This document shows, piece by piece, positions 19,981 through 29,229 of a DNA stretch of 64,000 nucleotides. The position numbers and the translations under genes were made by a program. Numbering within the stretch: the stretch's first letter is position 1; each line of letters opens with the position of its first letter. Below the pieces are notes generated by a model that did not search any database, was not told where the DNA came from, and saw nothing but the letters and a program-made list of their open reading frames with translations. Source of the DNA: Planctomycetaceae bacterium (GTDB lineage: Bacteria > Planctomycetota > Phycisphaerae > SM23-33); NCBI GenBank assembly GCA_039680605.1, contig JBDKTA010000005.1:5141-69140 (forward strand). The letters run 5' to 3'.

Positions 19981-21132
19981 CTATCGCCGCGGCGTTGATG
20001 CAGCGAGCCTCGCGTCGCGCCAGGTCCGCAGGGGGTGGGCCAGCAGGTGCGGCAGGTGCAGGCGGATGCTCGGTTCGGCCGGTCCGACGTCCCAGCACGG
20101 CAGGCGGCATCGCGAGACACAACCGCAGGCGCCGCGGAAACCTTCGCTGTGGACGATCCGGTCCAGCGGCATGTCTCGCACGTTGAGGCCCGTGGGGTAC
20201 TGGTAGCACGGCTGCACCTCGCCAAAGGCACTGACGATAACCGACAGCCGCCCGCTGACGCAAGGCACCACGCGCCGCGGCTGATACGCCGCGTCAAAAT
20301 GTTCGATGTGATAGCGGGAGTTGGTCTCGATTCCCGCTGCCCGCAGGCGGCGGGTCGCCCGCCGCAGCGCGTCCTTGATAGCTGGCAGATCGGCCGTCAG
20401 GGGAGTCAGCGGCTCGAAGGTTGCCGCGTCCATGTTTCGATGCTGAAGATGGGCGTGAACGGGGATGAACTGCAGCTTCTGGACGCCCCAGGCGGCTGCC
20501 CGGTCGGCGAAGGCCTCGATAACGTCCTGGTTCAGCCGCGTCACGACGACGTTGACGCCCACGCAGAGGGGCCTGGGCCCCTGTCGAAAGAACCGCATTG
20601 CCTCAACGGCACGATCATAGCCATCGACGCCTCGGATGGCCTTGTAGCCCTCGGGCGTCACGTGGTCGCATGAGATGCGAACCAGGCCCAGGCCCGCGTT
20701 AACCAGCGACGCGGCGCGCTGAGCGGTGACGGCCAGACCGTTGGTGTTCATGTGAACGGCCATCCCCGCTTCGTGCAGAGCGCGGATGCATTCTTCGAGA
20801 TCGTCGCGCAGCGTGGGTTCGCCGCCGCCGAGCGAGACGATGCGCGTCTTGAGCCGCTTGAGAGCGGGGATAAGGCCCAGAATCTCCCGCATCGTCAACT
20901 CCGCCCCTGCCGCCCAACGCGGCTGCCAGATATCACAGGCGGCGCAGCGAGAATTGCAGCGGTCGGTCATCGCCAGATGCACGATCGCCACTTGCCCCGG
21001 ACCCCGGCGCAACAGCCGCGACCACGACAGCGACAGGTACAGCCTGCCCAGGTTCAACACGTTCTTCAATTCCGCAAAGGGCGGCACGAGAAAAGGCCTC
21101 GACTGTTCACAGGATGGTATTACGGTTTCCAT
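19981..21132 (-). CDS. Radical SAM enzyme, type C
   Basis: CNSRCAAC (Cx3Cx2C), GGGEPTL and NTNG motifs; C-terminal CVSGRLSVIVSAFGEVQPC...CGCVSRCRLPC. Start taken at ATG 21132 (METVIPS); ATG 21264 is the alternative. Confidence 0.8.
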   Translation of the reverse strand: METVIPSCEQSRPFLVPPFAELKNVLNLGRLYLSLSWSRLLRRGPGQVAIVHLAMTDRCNSRCAACDIWQPRWAAGAELTMREILGLIPALKRLKTRIVSLGGGEPTLRDDLEECIRALHEAGMAVHMNTNGLAVTAQRAASLVNAGLGLVRISCDHVTPEGYKAIRGVDGYDRAVEAMRFFRQGPRPLCVGVNVVVTRLNQDVIEAFADRAAAWGVQKLQFIPVHAHLQHRNMDAATFEPLTPLTADLPAIKDALRRATRRLRAAGIETNSRYHIEHFDAAYQPRRVVPCVSGRLSVIVSAFGEVQPCYQYPTGLNVRDMPLDRIVHSEGFRGACGCVSRCRLPCWDVGPAEPSIRLHLPHLLAHPLRTWRDARLAASTPRR

Positions 21133-21236
21133 TATAACCTCGCCCACATGGAATGAGTTCGCAAATGCTGCAATGAGTTGTTCGCTGAAGTCCCGGAGGT
21201 GGTATATTGAGGAAGGATTTAACCGAGGCCTATGGC

Positions 21237-22166
21237 ATGTCCATGGAATGCTCGACAACCTCATCGTCGGCGCTGCCGGCCATTCGTTTGCCGGACCGCT
21301 ACAACTACATCGCCGCTTTTCTGACTTTGGGCTGCAATCTGCGATGCGCGTACTGCATCAACCGCTTCGGCACTCAGGGACGACATGAGCTGATGTCGGG
21401 CCGGCAGTGGCTGGGCGGGCTCAACCGGCTCGTCTCGCGGCCGGACCTGCCGGTGACACTGCAGGGCGGCGAGCCGACGCTGCATCCGGATTTCTACGAG
21501 ATCGTCAACGGCCTGCGGGCGGACCTGGCCATCGACCTTCTGACCAATCTGCAGTTCGACGTGCGGGAGTTCATGGCCAACGTACACCCGGGGCGGATGC
21601 GGCGGCAGGCGCCGTACGCCTCCATCCGCGTCTCGTACCACCCCGCGACGATGGATTGGCATCGCACCAAGGCCGACGTCCTGACGCTGTTGTCCGGCGG
21701 ATACTCCGTGGGCATCTGGGCCGTGCGGCACCCGGGGCAGATCGAGCAGATCGAGGCCGCCCATAGCGACGCTGCGGCCGCGGGAATCGACTTTCGCTTC
21801 AAGGAATTCCTGGGCGTGCATGAGGGTGTGCTATACGGGCAGTATAAGTATGCCGGCGCCGTCGGTGGCACGGGCGAGACGGGTGCCACGCAAAGCTGCG
21901 TTGTGGGCGTCTCCGACTGCACGGTCGATTGCCGCACGTCCGAGTTGATCGTCGGTCCCTCGGGCGGGGTGTATCGCTGCCACGGCGACCTGTACGAGGC
22001 GCGGCCGCCCATCGGCCACATCAATGACGCGGCGTTTGACATTGACGAGTTGTTTCGCACGTGCGACGTCTTCGGCCGGTGCAATCCCTGTGACGTGAAG
22101 GTCAAGACCGACCGTTTCCAGGCGTTCGGCCACACGTCGGTCGAGATCCGGCGGCGCAAACGGTGA
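21237..22166 (+). CDS. Radical SAM enzyme, type D
   Basis: CNLRCAYC (Cx3Cx2C) and LQGGEPTL motifs; C-terminal CRTSELIVGPSGGVYRCHGD...CDVFGRCNPC. Divergent from rSAM-C. Confidence 0.8.
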   Translation: MSMECSTTSSSALPAIRLPDRYNYIAAFLTLGCNLRCAYCINRFGTQGRHELMSGRQWLGGLNRLVSRPDLPVTLQGGEPTLHPDFYEIVNGLRADLAIDLLTNLQFDVREFMANVHPGRMRRQAPYASIRVSYHPATMDWHRTKADVLTLLSGGYSVGIWAVRHPGQIEQIEAAHSDAAAAGIDFRFKEFLGVHEGVLYGQYKYAGAVGGTGETGATQSCVVGVSDCTVDCRTSELIVGPSGGVYRCHGDLYEARPPIGHINDAAFDIDELFRTCDVFGRCNPCDVKVKTDRFQAFGHTSVEIRRRKR

Positions 22167-22170
22167 CTCC

Positions 22171-23229
22171 ATGAATGCCCCCAGGAAACAGCGGCTGGTG
22201 AAGATCTTCCTGCTGACGGGCAAGCTCGCACTGGCTGTGGTGCTGGTGGCGCTGCTCACACAGCAGGTTCATTGGAATGACGGCGTCGATCCCCAGACGC
22301 AGAAGCTCGTCCTGGGTCTCAAGACCGTCCTGGCTCAAGCCGATTGGGTTACGCTGGCGTTGGCGGTGCTGGTGATGTTCCCCTCATCCCTGGTCTGCGC
22401 ATTTCGCTGGCGAATGCTCCTGGCGGTCCAAGGCGTGCCGTTGGGACCGCTGCAGGCAGTCAAGCTATACCTTCTTGGCGACCTGTTCGCCAATGTGCTG
22501 CCGGGCACTATCGGTGGCGATGCAGTCAAGGCGTACCTGGTGACGCGCGCCACTGAGCGCAAAGGCCAGGCTATTCTCAGCGTGCTGGCCGATCGTGCCA
22601 TCGGACTCTGCGCCGTGACGCTGCTGGCGGCGGTCGCCTTGGCATGGGCGTGGGGCAGCGGACAGATCGGCTGGGTCGCCGCACAGGCGCCAGGCATCTC
22701 GCTGGCCGTCATCTCCGCAGCGATGGCCGCCGCCGCGGCGATGCTCTTGAGCACTCGCCTGCGACGCCTGACGGGTTTGCAGGCGCTGTACTCGCGGCCG
22801 CGCTTTGCTTCCCTGGCGGCAACGGCAGGGCAAGCGGTGCGCACCTATCGCAGCCGCCCCGCTGCCGTGATCGCGGCGATGCTGTACACGCTGGTGTCGC
22901 AGGCGATGCTGATCGGTTCGATTGTTTTGATCGGCATGAGCCTTGATCTGGGCGCGGCCTGGCACCGCTACGCGGTGGGTATTCCGCTTGTCGAAATCGC
23001 AACGGCCGTGCCCGTCACCCCCGGGGCCGTCGGCGTATGGGAGTGGGCCGGACAAGTGTTTTTCGCCGGCGCCGACCCCAACAGGATCTTCATGATGGTG
23101 CTCCTGTGGCGTGCCGTGACGACGGCCTGCGCCCTGCCCGGTCTGGCGGTGGCGCTGCTGGGCCCGCGGATTCCGCGTGCAGCGCAGATGCAGGCCGACC
23201 TGGAGACGATGCCATGCAGTGGAAGTTGA
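22171..23229 (+). CDS. LPG_synthase_TM / UPF0104 'flippase-like' polytopic membrane protein
   Basis: About 8 TM segments. LLGDLFANVLPGTIGGDAVKAYL is characteristic of this family. The gene starts 5 nt after the rSAM-D stop. Confidence 0.7.
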   Translation: MNAPRKQRLVKIFLLTGKLALAVVLVALLTQQVHWNDGVDPQTQKLVLGLKTVLAQADWVTLALAVLVMFPSSLVCAFRWRMLLAVQGVPLGPLQAVKLYLLGDLFANVLPGTIGGDAVKAYLVTRATERKGQAILSVLADRAIGLCAVTLLAAVALAWAWGSGQIGWVAAQAPGISLAVISAAMAAAAAMLLSTRLRRLTGLQALYSRPRFASLAATAGQAVRTYRSRPAAVIAAMLYTLVSQAMLIGSIVLIGMSLDLGAAWHRYAVGIPLVEIATAVPVTPGAVGVWEWAGQVFFAGADPNRIFMMVLLWRAVTTACALPGLAVALLGPRIPRAAQMQADLETMPCSGS

Positions 23230-23258
23230 TCGCCTGCCTTCTGCGCAACGCCGCCCCT

Positions 23259-24056
23259 TCAAGAAGACGTCTGCTGCGAAGCGATTTCCGATGCGGCGGT
23301 GAACTGAACGCGCCGGGACGCCCGGGGCCACAATTCCGGCGCGTACACTTGCGATGCCGTTCGCACAAAAAAGAAAAACACGCCCAGTATGTTGCGCATG
23401 CCAAAGGCGCTGGTGCTGCAAAGGTCGGGATATATGTTCGTGATCGGCACTTCAATGCAGTTCAGGCCCGACTTGAGGGCCTTGATCAATGTCTCGGCGC
23501 TGAAGGCATAACTGTCGGTCTGGATGTTCAGCCGCCGCACCACGGCTGTGGGATACAACGCCGAATCATTGAAGTAGTGCAGGTTAAACCCGAACAGGAT
23601 GTTCAGGATTGTGGTGTAGGTGCGTGAAATCACGTGCCGAATCCAGGGGCGGTCTTTGTCATTGGTGTGATAGGGCAGGATGATGTCCGCCTGCCCGCGC
23701 AGTTCCAGGATCCGCCGCAATTGATCGCCGGCGAGGTCGTGCTTTCCGTTGACGAGGATCACATAATCCATTCGCGCCGCCTCGACGCCGGCGCGATAGT
23801 TCCATCCCAGCCCCTTGTTGAGCGGATTGTGAAACACCCGGATATTCGCAAACTCCGCCGCCAGGCCATCGGCCTCCTGATCTGTCCCGTCGGTGCTGGC
23901 ATCGTCAAAAATCAGAATCTCATAGTTCGTAAATAGACCATCAATCGCCGCCAGCACCTCCTGTACCGTCAGGCGCAGGTTCCCTTTCTCGTTGAAGGCC
24001 GGAACTATGACAGAAAGACCGGGCGCGTCCAAGATTCTACCTCCGACCGCTTGCAC
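23259..24056 (-). CDS. GT2 family glycosyltransferase (type a', paralogue of 1323-2078)
   Basis: LSVIVPAFNEKGNL and IFDDASTDGT motifs; colinear with 1323-2078. GTG start at 24056. Confidence 0.8.
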   Translation of the reverse strand: MQAVGGRILDAPGLSVIVPAFNEKGNLRLTVQEVLAAIDGLFTNYEILIFDDASTDGTDQEADGLAAEFANIRVFHNPLNKGLGWNYRAGVEAARMDYVILVNGKHDLAGDQLRRILELRGQADIILPYHTNDKDRPWIRHVISRTYTTILNILFGFNLHYFNDSALYPTAVVRRLNIQTDSYAFSAETLIKALKSGLNCIEVPITNIYPDLCSTSAFGMRNILGVFFFFVRTASQVYAPELWPRASRRVQFTAASEIASQQTSS

Positions 24057-24177
24057 GTCGTTGACCCCAAAGAAACGCCAGGGGGCTCACACAGTAGGCC
24101 GCACTGAACCGCTCCAGGCTTTGCCGTGAGTTGTGGCCGTTCATGGAACGCCTTGATACGTCTTTGCGCCGGCGGCG

Positions 24178-25260
24178 TCAATGGCTCGACGAACTGAGCG
24201 TTCCGTACTGGCGGCATGCTTCGGCCAGCGCGTCGATGTTGGCCAGCGGCACTTCCGGTTCCAGCACATGCGTGGGGGCCAGGATCAGCCCGCCGCGCTG
24301 CCCGTACTTTTCGACGCACTCGCGCACCCGCGCCCGCACGTCGTCGGGCGTGCCGAAGGGCATCGTCGATTGCGTGCCGATGCACCCGTGAAGCCCCAGC
24401 CGGTCGCCGAAACGGGCCTTGAGCGCGTCGGCGTCCACGCACTCGGGCTGCACCGGGTTGAGGAAGTCCAGCCCCGCGTCGAGCATCTGGCCGACAATGT
24501 CCGTGCAGTTGCCGTCGGTGTGGTACCCGATCGCGCAGCGGGAGTCGATCTCCTTGATCGCCTGCCAGCAGCGGCGCCAGCGACTCAGGATCAGCGTCCG
24601 CCAGGTGTCCATCGAGAACATCATGGACTTCTGGCTGGCCACGTCGTCGCCGCAGTAGATATAGTCCACGCCCGCCCGGGCGGCCCCGATGGCCGCGTGG
24701 TAATTCTGACGGAAGAACTTGTCCAGCAGACACTCCGCCCAGGCCGGCCGCTCAATCGTGTCCATCAGGAACTGCTCGTACCCGCGCACCTGCCAGGCGT
24801 TCTCATACATGTGCCCCAGGAAGATCATCACGCTGCGCCCGGCGGCGTGGGCAGCCGACACGGCGGCGATGGCAGGCTCCCAATCGTAAACGGCAGGGTC
24901 CTGTACCGGATAGTCTTCGATCTGCGCCAGGCTCGTGGCGTTGCGCAACGGCGAGATATATCCGGTGAAGTGGTAGAACTGCGCCGGCACTTCGGCCACG
25001 CCCAGATGGTTGATGCGCGTGCCCTGGGGCAGATCCTCGCCCTGCCAGTATCGACCAAAGTCGATCTTCGGCGGCTCCCCCACCACTTTGGGCCCCACCC
25101 ATGCCGGCTGCCACATCCCGTAATGCCCGGCGACGTCGTCGGTGCCGACGTGCTGGGCCACCCGCCGGGCCAGGTCGGGCGTAAAGCCCATGCCGAAAGG
25201 AATCCACTCCGGCCGGCGGTGTTCGACGATCGCCCTGAAGTTCTCCAGTTCCGTCATCAT
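24178..25260 (-). CDS. Uroporphyrinogen-decarboxylase (URO-D)/MtaA-like family protein
   Basis: 360 aa. The length and the C-terminal pattern (DFLNPVQPE...GGLILAPTHVLEPEVPLANI) resemble the URO-D-like TIM-barrel family common in CAZyme-rich PVC genomes. The assignment is by motif memory only. Confidence 0.55.
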   Translation of the reverse strand: MMTELENFRAIVEHRRPEWIPFGMGFTPDLARRVAQHVGTDDVAGHYGMWQPAWVGPKVVGEPPKIDFGRYWQGEDLPQGTRINHLGVAEVPAQFYHFTGYISPLRNATSLAQIEDYPVQDPAVYDWEPAIAAVSAAHAAGRSVMIFLGHMYENAWQVRGYEQFLMDTIERPAWAECLLDKFFRQNYHAAIGAARAGVDYIYCGDDVASQKSMMFSMDTWRTLILSRWRRCWQAIKEIDSRCAIGYHTDGNCTDIVGQMLDAGLDFLNPVQPECVDADALKARFGDRLGLHGCIGTQSTMPFGTPDDVRARVRECVEKYGQRGGLILAPTHVLEPEVPLANIDALAEACRQYGTLSSSSH

Positions 25261-25283
25261 GCTTCATCCATATTTAAGGCTAA

Positions 25284-27671
25284 TTAGAATTCGCCGCCCA
25301 GATCGGGGCGCAAGACGGCGGGTTTTGTCGACGGCGCGGGGCGCGGCCGGGCCGCTTGACTGGCCGGCCGCGTCGCAGGCGGGGAAGGCTGCGATACCGG
25401 CGCCGGCGGTGCTTTGGCGGCGGCAAGAAGTTTCGCGTGCATGTCCGTGGCGTAGACGAGCAGGTTGGTCATGATCGCCACGGCTGAATCTTCACGGTAC
25501 CCTCGCACGGCGCCGGAGGGATAGCCCAGCAGGCCCGAGGTGAGGTCTTCGCTGGAGTAGATGACCGCCGGTCTCGCCCGGCCTGTGGGGTCGCCGGGGA
25601 TCGGCAGGGCGATGCATCGCAGGCGCTGGTCCTTTCGCTGGTCGGCGGGCAGGGCCTGGGCGAGTTCACGGCGGTAGTAGACGCGGGAGATCTGGGCCGG
25701 TCCCGTGAAGGGAATGTGCGAGGCCAGAGGCCCTCGCGGGGCACTCGCCAGCAGCGGCAGAAGCTGGCTCTCGAGGGCTTCGACGAATGCGGCGGAGCCT
25801 CCGGCGGCGTCGGCGATCAGCGTTCCGCCGCCGAGGAGGTAATTCTTGAGCGCCTGCGTTTGGGCGGGGTTGAGGCGGAAGTCGCCCGTGCCGCAGAGGC
25901 TGGCGACCGGGTGCGTGCGCGGGTCGAGGCGTTCGATGGGCAGCGGGCCCAGCACCTGCAGCTCGATATTGTGCCGCACGCCCATCAGCAGCGCCAGGCG
26001 GTTCCAGGCCATCGGCTCGGGGTCGTCGTTGCCGCTGTACGCCAGGCGCACGACGCTCAAGGTGCGGCGAGGCTTGAACGGTTTGGCCGCCGGCCACGGC
26101 GTGCTGCCGCGCGGGGGCAGGTTGCCTTTGTCGCTGGCGAGCATGTAGATGTTGCCCATGAGCTCGAAGACCGGGCGGTTGGCCTTGTCCGGACCCAACT
26201 CCAGCGCCAGCGACAATTCGCGCGGGGCGTGGACCGCCAGCGGTCGCACGCCGTTGGAGATGCCCCACAGGCCCGCTGTGTCGCCCAACGTGAAGTAGCC
26301 CGAGTAGACCGAGTGAGCCGCGGGCAACTGTCGCAGGGCAAGGTTGGGGAACATGCGGCCGTACGCCTCGTGCATGTCCAGCGTAAACGAGCCGCTGTTG
26401 CCGGCGGATTCCGAGACGATCAGCCCACCAGCCAAAACGTAGTCTCGCAGGCGGGCGATCTGCTCGTCGCTGAACTGCACGCGCCCGGCGCCGCTGATAT
26501 AAAGGATGGGCGCGTCGAGCCAGGTGCGGTAGTCGCTGTCGACATCGACCACCTGCCACGCCAGCGGCCGCTCGAAGGTGTAGCCGATATACTGGCACAG
26601 CATGGCCGCGTCGCGCGGGCGCACGTTCCACTTGCCCTCGTAGCGCAGCTTGTTGACCAGCACCGGCTGATATCCCTGCGCCAGGGTGAGCATGGCCATA
26701 GCCGTGGGGACGGGTCCGTCGCCCCAACTGCCGTCGCTGTTCTGGCGGTCGAGCAGCTCCCGCAGCGAGTGGGCGTACCAGTCCTGTGCGGCGAACTGCT
26801 TTCGCCCGCAGGCCGCCCCGACGCGCGACAGCGCCAGCAGCCAGTCGTAGTAGTAGTTGGGCCCTTTGTGCGGATTGGCGTCGGGCTGGTAGTTCTTGTC
26901 CAGCCACCCCAAGGCCTCGGCGATAGGTTTGTACTCCGGAGTCAGCGGGCGCAGGTACTCCTGGCGGTGCAGCACGTCGAAGCAGGCGTACAGGCTGGCC
27001 AGACCCGCCGCCGTCATTGACCCGTACGTCTGCGGGCGCCCCGCCCCGCCGCGCACCACGTACCCCCAGCCGCCGTCGACCTGCTGCTGGCGCAGCCAAT
27101 GACGCTCGACCTTCTGCCAGTAGTCCACCGGCACGCCCAGCCCGCGATGCTGCCCCGCCGCCACCGCCATCACGGCGGCCTGGCTGTTCGAATTATCATA
27201 AGCGGCGCTGTCTGCCGTCGCGGCGCCGTCCTTGCTCGTGTAGGTGTACGACCCGTCCGCGCCCGCCGCGGCGATCAACCACGCCACGTCCTTGGACAAT
27301 TGCGGATGGGGCTCCTTGCCCTTGAGCTGCGCCAATGCGCACGCCCGCATGGCTACGGCGTATGTGCCGTTGAGCTCGGCGGCGGTCAGCCATTCCAGCG
27401 CCTCGCGCAGGGGCGAGGCCTTGGCGTCGGCCGCGGCGGAGAGCATCGCGTAGACGACGATGCCGGTCTTGCCCCCATGGCGCGGATTGCCCGGCGGGAA
27501 CTCGTCCCTGCACATGCCCGTGGCGGAGATCTGCGAAGCGAGATAGGCGCTGCCCGCCGCCATCGCTCGATCGATCGCCCGTGGCGACAGAGGCGGCGCG
27601 ACGTCGCCCTCGGCCGGCGAGGCGGCAAGAGCCAGCAGCATCAGGCAAGCAGCGGCACAGTCCATGACCAT
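25284..27671 (-). CDS. Secreted protein with prenyltransferase/squalene-cyclase-like repeats and DUF4159-like regions
   Basis: Signal peptide MVMDCAAACLMLLALAASPAEG. DGSYTY / VDGGWGY / SDGSWG repeat motifs. LYISGAGRVQFSDEQIARLRDYVLAGGLIVSE and LLGGGTLIADAAGG regions. Pro/Ala-rich tail. Only 23 nt upstream of the next gene. Confidence 0.5.
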   Translation of the reverse strand: MVMDCAAACLMLLALAASPAEGDVAPPLSPRAIDRAMAAGSAYLASQISATGMCRDEFPPGNPRHGGKTGIVVYAMLSAAADAKASPLREALEWLTAAELNGTYAVAMRACALAQLKGKEPHPQLSKDVAWLIAAAGADGSYTYTSKDGAATADSAAYDNSNSQAAVMAVAAGQHRGLGVPVDYWQKVERHWLRQQQVDGGWGYVVRGGAGRPQTYGSMTAAGLASLYACFDVLHRQEYLRPLTPEYKPIAEALGWLDKNYQPDANPHKGPNYYYDWLLALSRVGAACGRKQFAAQDWYAHSLRELLDRQNSDGSWGDGPVPTAMAMLTLAQGYQPVLVNKLRYEGKWNVRPRDAAMLCQYIGYTFERPLAWQVVDVDSDYRTWLDAPILYISGAGRVQFSDEQIARLRDYVLAGGLIVSESAGNSGSFTLDMHEAYGRMFPNLALRQLPAAHSVYSGYFTLGDTAGLWGISNGVRPLAVHAPRELSLALELGPDKANRPVFELMGNIYMLASDKGNLPPRGSTPWPAAKPFKPRRTLSVVRLAYSGNDDPEPMAWNRLALLMGVRHNIELQVLGPLPIERLDPRTHPVASLCGTGDFRLNPAQTQALKNYLLGGGTLIADAAGGSAAFVEALESQLLPLLASAPRGPLASHIPFTGPAQISRVYYRRELAQALPADQRKDQRLRCIALPIPGDPTGRARPAVIYSSEDLTSGLLGYPSGAVRGYREDSAVAIMTNLLVYATDMHAKLLAAAKAPPAPVSQPSPPATRPASQAARPRPAPSTKPAVLRPDLGGEF

Positions 27672-27700
27672 CCCTGGAAAGACAAATCCTGAACGACACA

Positions 27701-27870
27701 TTCGAAATCCGAAATCCGAAATCCGAAACAAGAAGCAAACAACAAGAAGCTAAACAGCAAAGGCTCCCACCATAGCGATTCTTGTTCTTTTTGTTTCTTT
27801 TTGTCTTTTTTTCTTCTTAGTTGTTTGCCGTTTGCTTCGAATTTCGAAATTCGAATTTCGAATTTGTTTC
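27701..27870. repeat. Inverted repeat with tandem-heptamer arms (element a)
   Basis: The left arm, (GAAATCC)x3 followed by an A-rich tract, is imperfectly complementary to the right arm, a T-rich tract followed by (TCGAAAT/TCGAATT)x4. The element fills the gap between two minus-strand genes. Confidence 0.8.
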
Positions 27871-28926
27871 TCACGGTCTCCAGATCACCTCGATCGCCGG
27901 GGTCTGCATCTGGCGCAGGGTCTCGACGCTCAGGGCGCGGCTTTGCGTTTGGCCGTCGGTCAGGACGGCCAGGAAGCTATGTCGCGGGACGTAGCGGACC
28001 ACCCGGGGATTGCCCAGTCCGGCGGCCTTGGCGGCCTGGTCGTAGGCGTCGCGCTGGTAGCCGATCTTGTCGATCAATCCCAGTTCCATGGCGGCTGAAG
28101 CGCTGTAGATTTTTCCGTTGAAGGGTTCGATCTGGTCCTGCCCTTGCGTCTGGGCCTGTTGCGTGGCGGCGTCGGAAACTTCGATGGTCGGCTTTCGGGT
28201 CTTGAGGCGGTCGCCTCGCCCTTTCCGGACAACCTGCTCGAAGATCTCCTGCGTCTCATTGAGCAGCGACTGGATGTACCGCTGCTGGTATGGGGCGGGT
28301 TTTGACAGCGGGCTCAGGGCGTCTTTCCAGGCGGCCGCGTCCGACGACTTCATCACGATCGGCTCGACGCCGATCTTGTCCAGCGTGCCCTTGAAAACGA
28401 ACCACGTGGCGATCACGCCGATGCTGCCCGTCATCGTCGTGCGCTCGGCCATGATGATGTCCGCCGGGGCCGACACGTAGTACCCGCCGCTGGCGGCCAG
28501 CGCCCCCATCGAGACGACGACCTTCTTGCCCTTGCCCTTGAGGCGCAGAATCATGTCGTGGATCTCGTCCGACGCCGCCACCGACCCGCCGGGCGTTTCG
28601 ACGCGCAGGACGACGGCCTTGACGTCAGGCTCCTTGTCCAGAGCATTGGTGAATTTCTGGAACTGATCGGCCGCACTGTTGTCGATCACGCCGGAGATCT
28701 CATAGACGGCGATGGTCTGATCGGCGGCGCCTTCCTGCACGGTCGTCTTCACCAGACCGTACTGGCTCTGGGCGCCGGTCAGCATCAGGACCAGCCCCAT
28801 GTTGATCAGCACCGACAGCAACAGCAGCGTCACCAGCACCGAGACGAATATCCACACGCCCACGCGGCGGCGGGGCCTGGGGGCAGCGGCCGGTTGCGGC
28901 GGCGGGTACGAGTTCGATTCCGTCAT
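27871..28926 (-). CDS. sppA: Signal peptide peptidase SppA, 36K type (S49 family)
   Basis: N-terminal TM, then VVLRVETPGGSVAAS, ASGGYY and MTGSIGV motifs of S49 peptidases. Confidence 0.8.
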   Translation of the reverse strand: MTESNSYPPPQPAAAPRPRRRVGVWIFVSVLVTLLLLSVLINMGLVLMLTGAQSQYGLVKTTVQEGAADQTIAVYEISGVIDNSAADQFQKFTNALDKEPDVKAVVLRVETPGGSVAASDEIHDMILRLKGKGKKVVVSMGALAASGGYYVSAPADIIMAERTTMTGSIGVIATWFVFKGTLDKIGVEPIVMKSSDAAAWKDALSPLSKPAPYQQRYIQSLLNETQEIFEQVVRKGRGDRLKTRKPTIEVSDAATQQAQTQGQDQIEPFNGKIYSASAAMELGLIDKIGYQRDAYDQAAKAAGLGNPRVVRYVPRHSFLAVLTDGQTQSRALSVETLRQMQTPAIEVIWRP

Positions 28927-29083
28927 GGTCAGGCTCCCTTCAACATGTAAAGCCGGCGCATAGCGCGGCGGCTGGCATGGATCGTTACATGATTCTAGTC
29001 GGGATGAGCGCTAATGCAACCTATCATCCTCAGCGTGCCCTGGTGGCAGGGCAACCCTGTGCCGTCGCGGGAGGGCCAACCCC

Positions 29084-29183
29084 GGTGCCGTGGCGGGAGG
29101 GCGAAGCCCGACAACCACGATCTCGCGGCGCAAGGTTCCGGGATCGTGGCTCTCCGGCCTTCGGCCTGCGCGCCACGGCACCC
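29084..29183. repeat. REP1 compound palindrome, copy A
   Basis: Outer stem GGTGCCGTGGCG/CGCCACGGCACC encloses three hairpins: GGGC-GAA-GCCC; CCACGATC...GATCGTGG; GGCC-TTC-GGCC. Degenerate extra arms flank it at 29055-29212. Confidence 0.85.
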
Positions 29184-29229
29184 TCCTTCGGCCCTGCGCG
29201 CGCCATGGCGTCTGGAGTCGAACCTGCGG

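Noticed and set aside
3123-21132. The rSAM genes as anaerobic sulfatase-maturating enzymes (common in PVC genomes)
   Set aside because: There are no sulfatase genes in the window. The proteins are shorter than, and not colinear by eye with, anSME-type sequences (they lack the characteristic CxxCxxxxxCxxxC block). A profile search is still needed to exclude this.
25666-27099. 477-aa minus-strand and 434-aa plus-strand ORFs overlapping 25284-27671
   Set aside because: These are alternative-frame or antisense shadows of the secreted repeat protein, with Arg/Ala/Gly/Pro-dominated composition.
27701-27870. Possible CRISPR array or minisatellite, given the visibly periodic repeats
   Set aside because: The repeat unit is only 6-7 nt, with no unique spacers and no cas genes. 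The two halves are complementary, so this is an inverted repeat, not an array.
29084-29183. REP1 cloverleaf as a tRNA or tRNA-like gene
   Set aside because: There is no conserved T-loop (GTTCRA), D-loop or anticodon-loop geometry. The arm lengths are wrong (12-15-bp closing stem). It also occurs in multiple diverged copies in intergenic sites.
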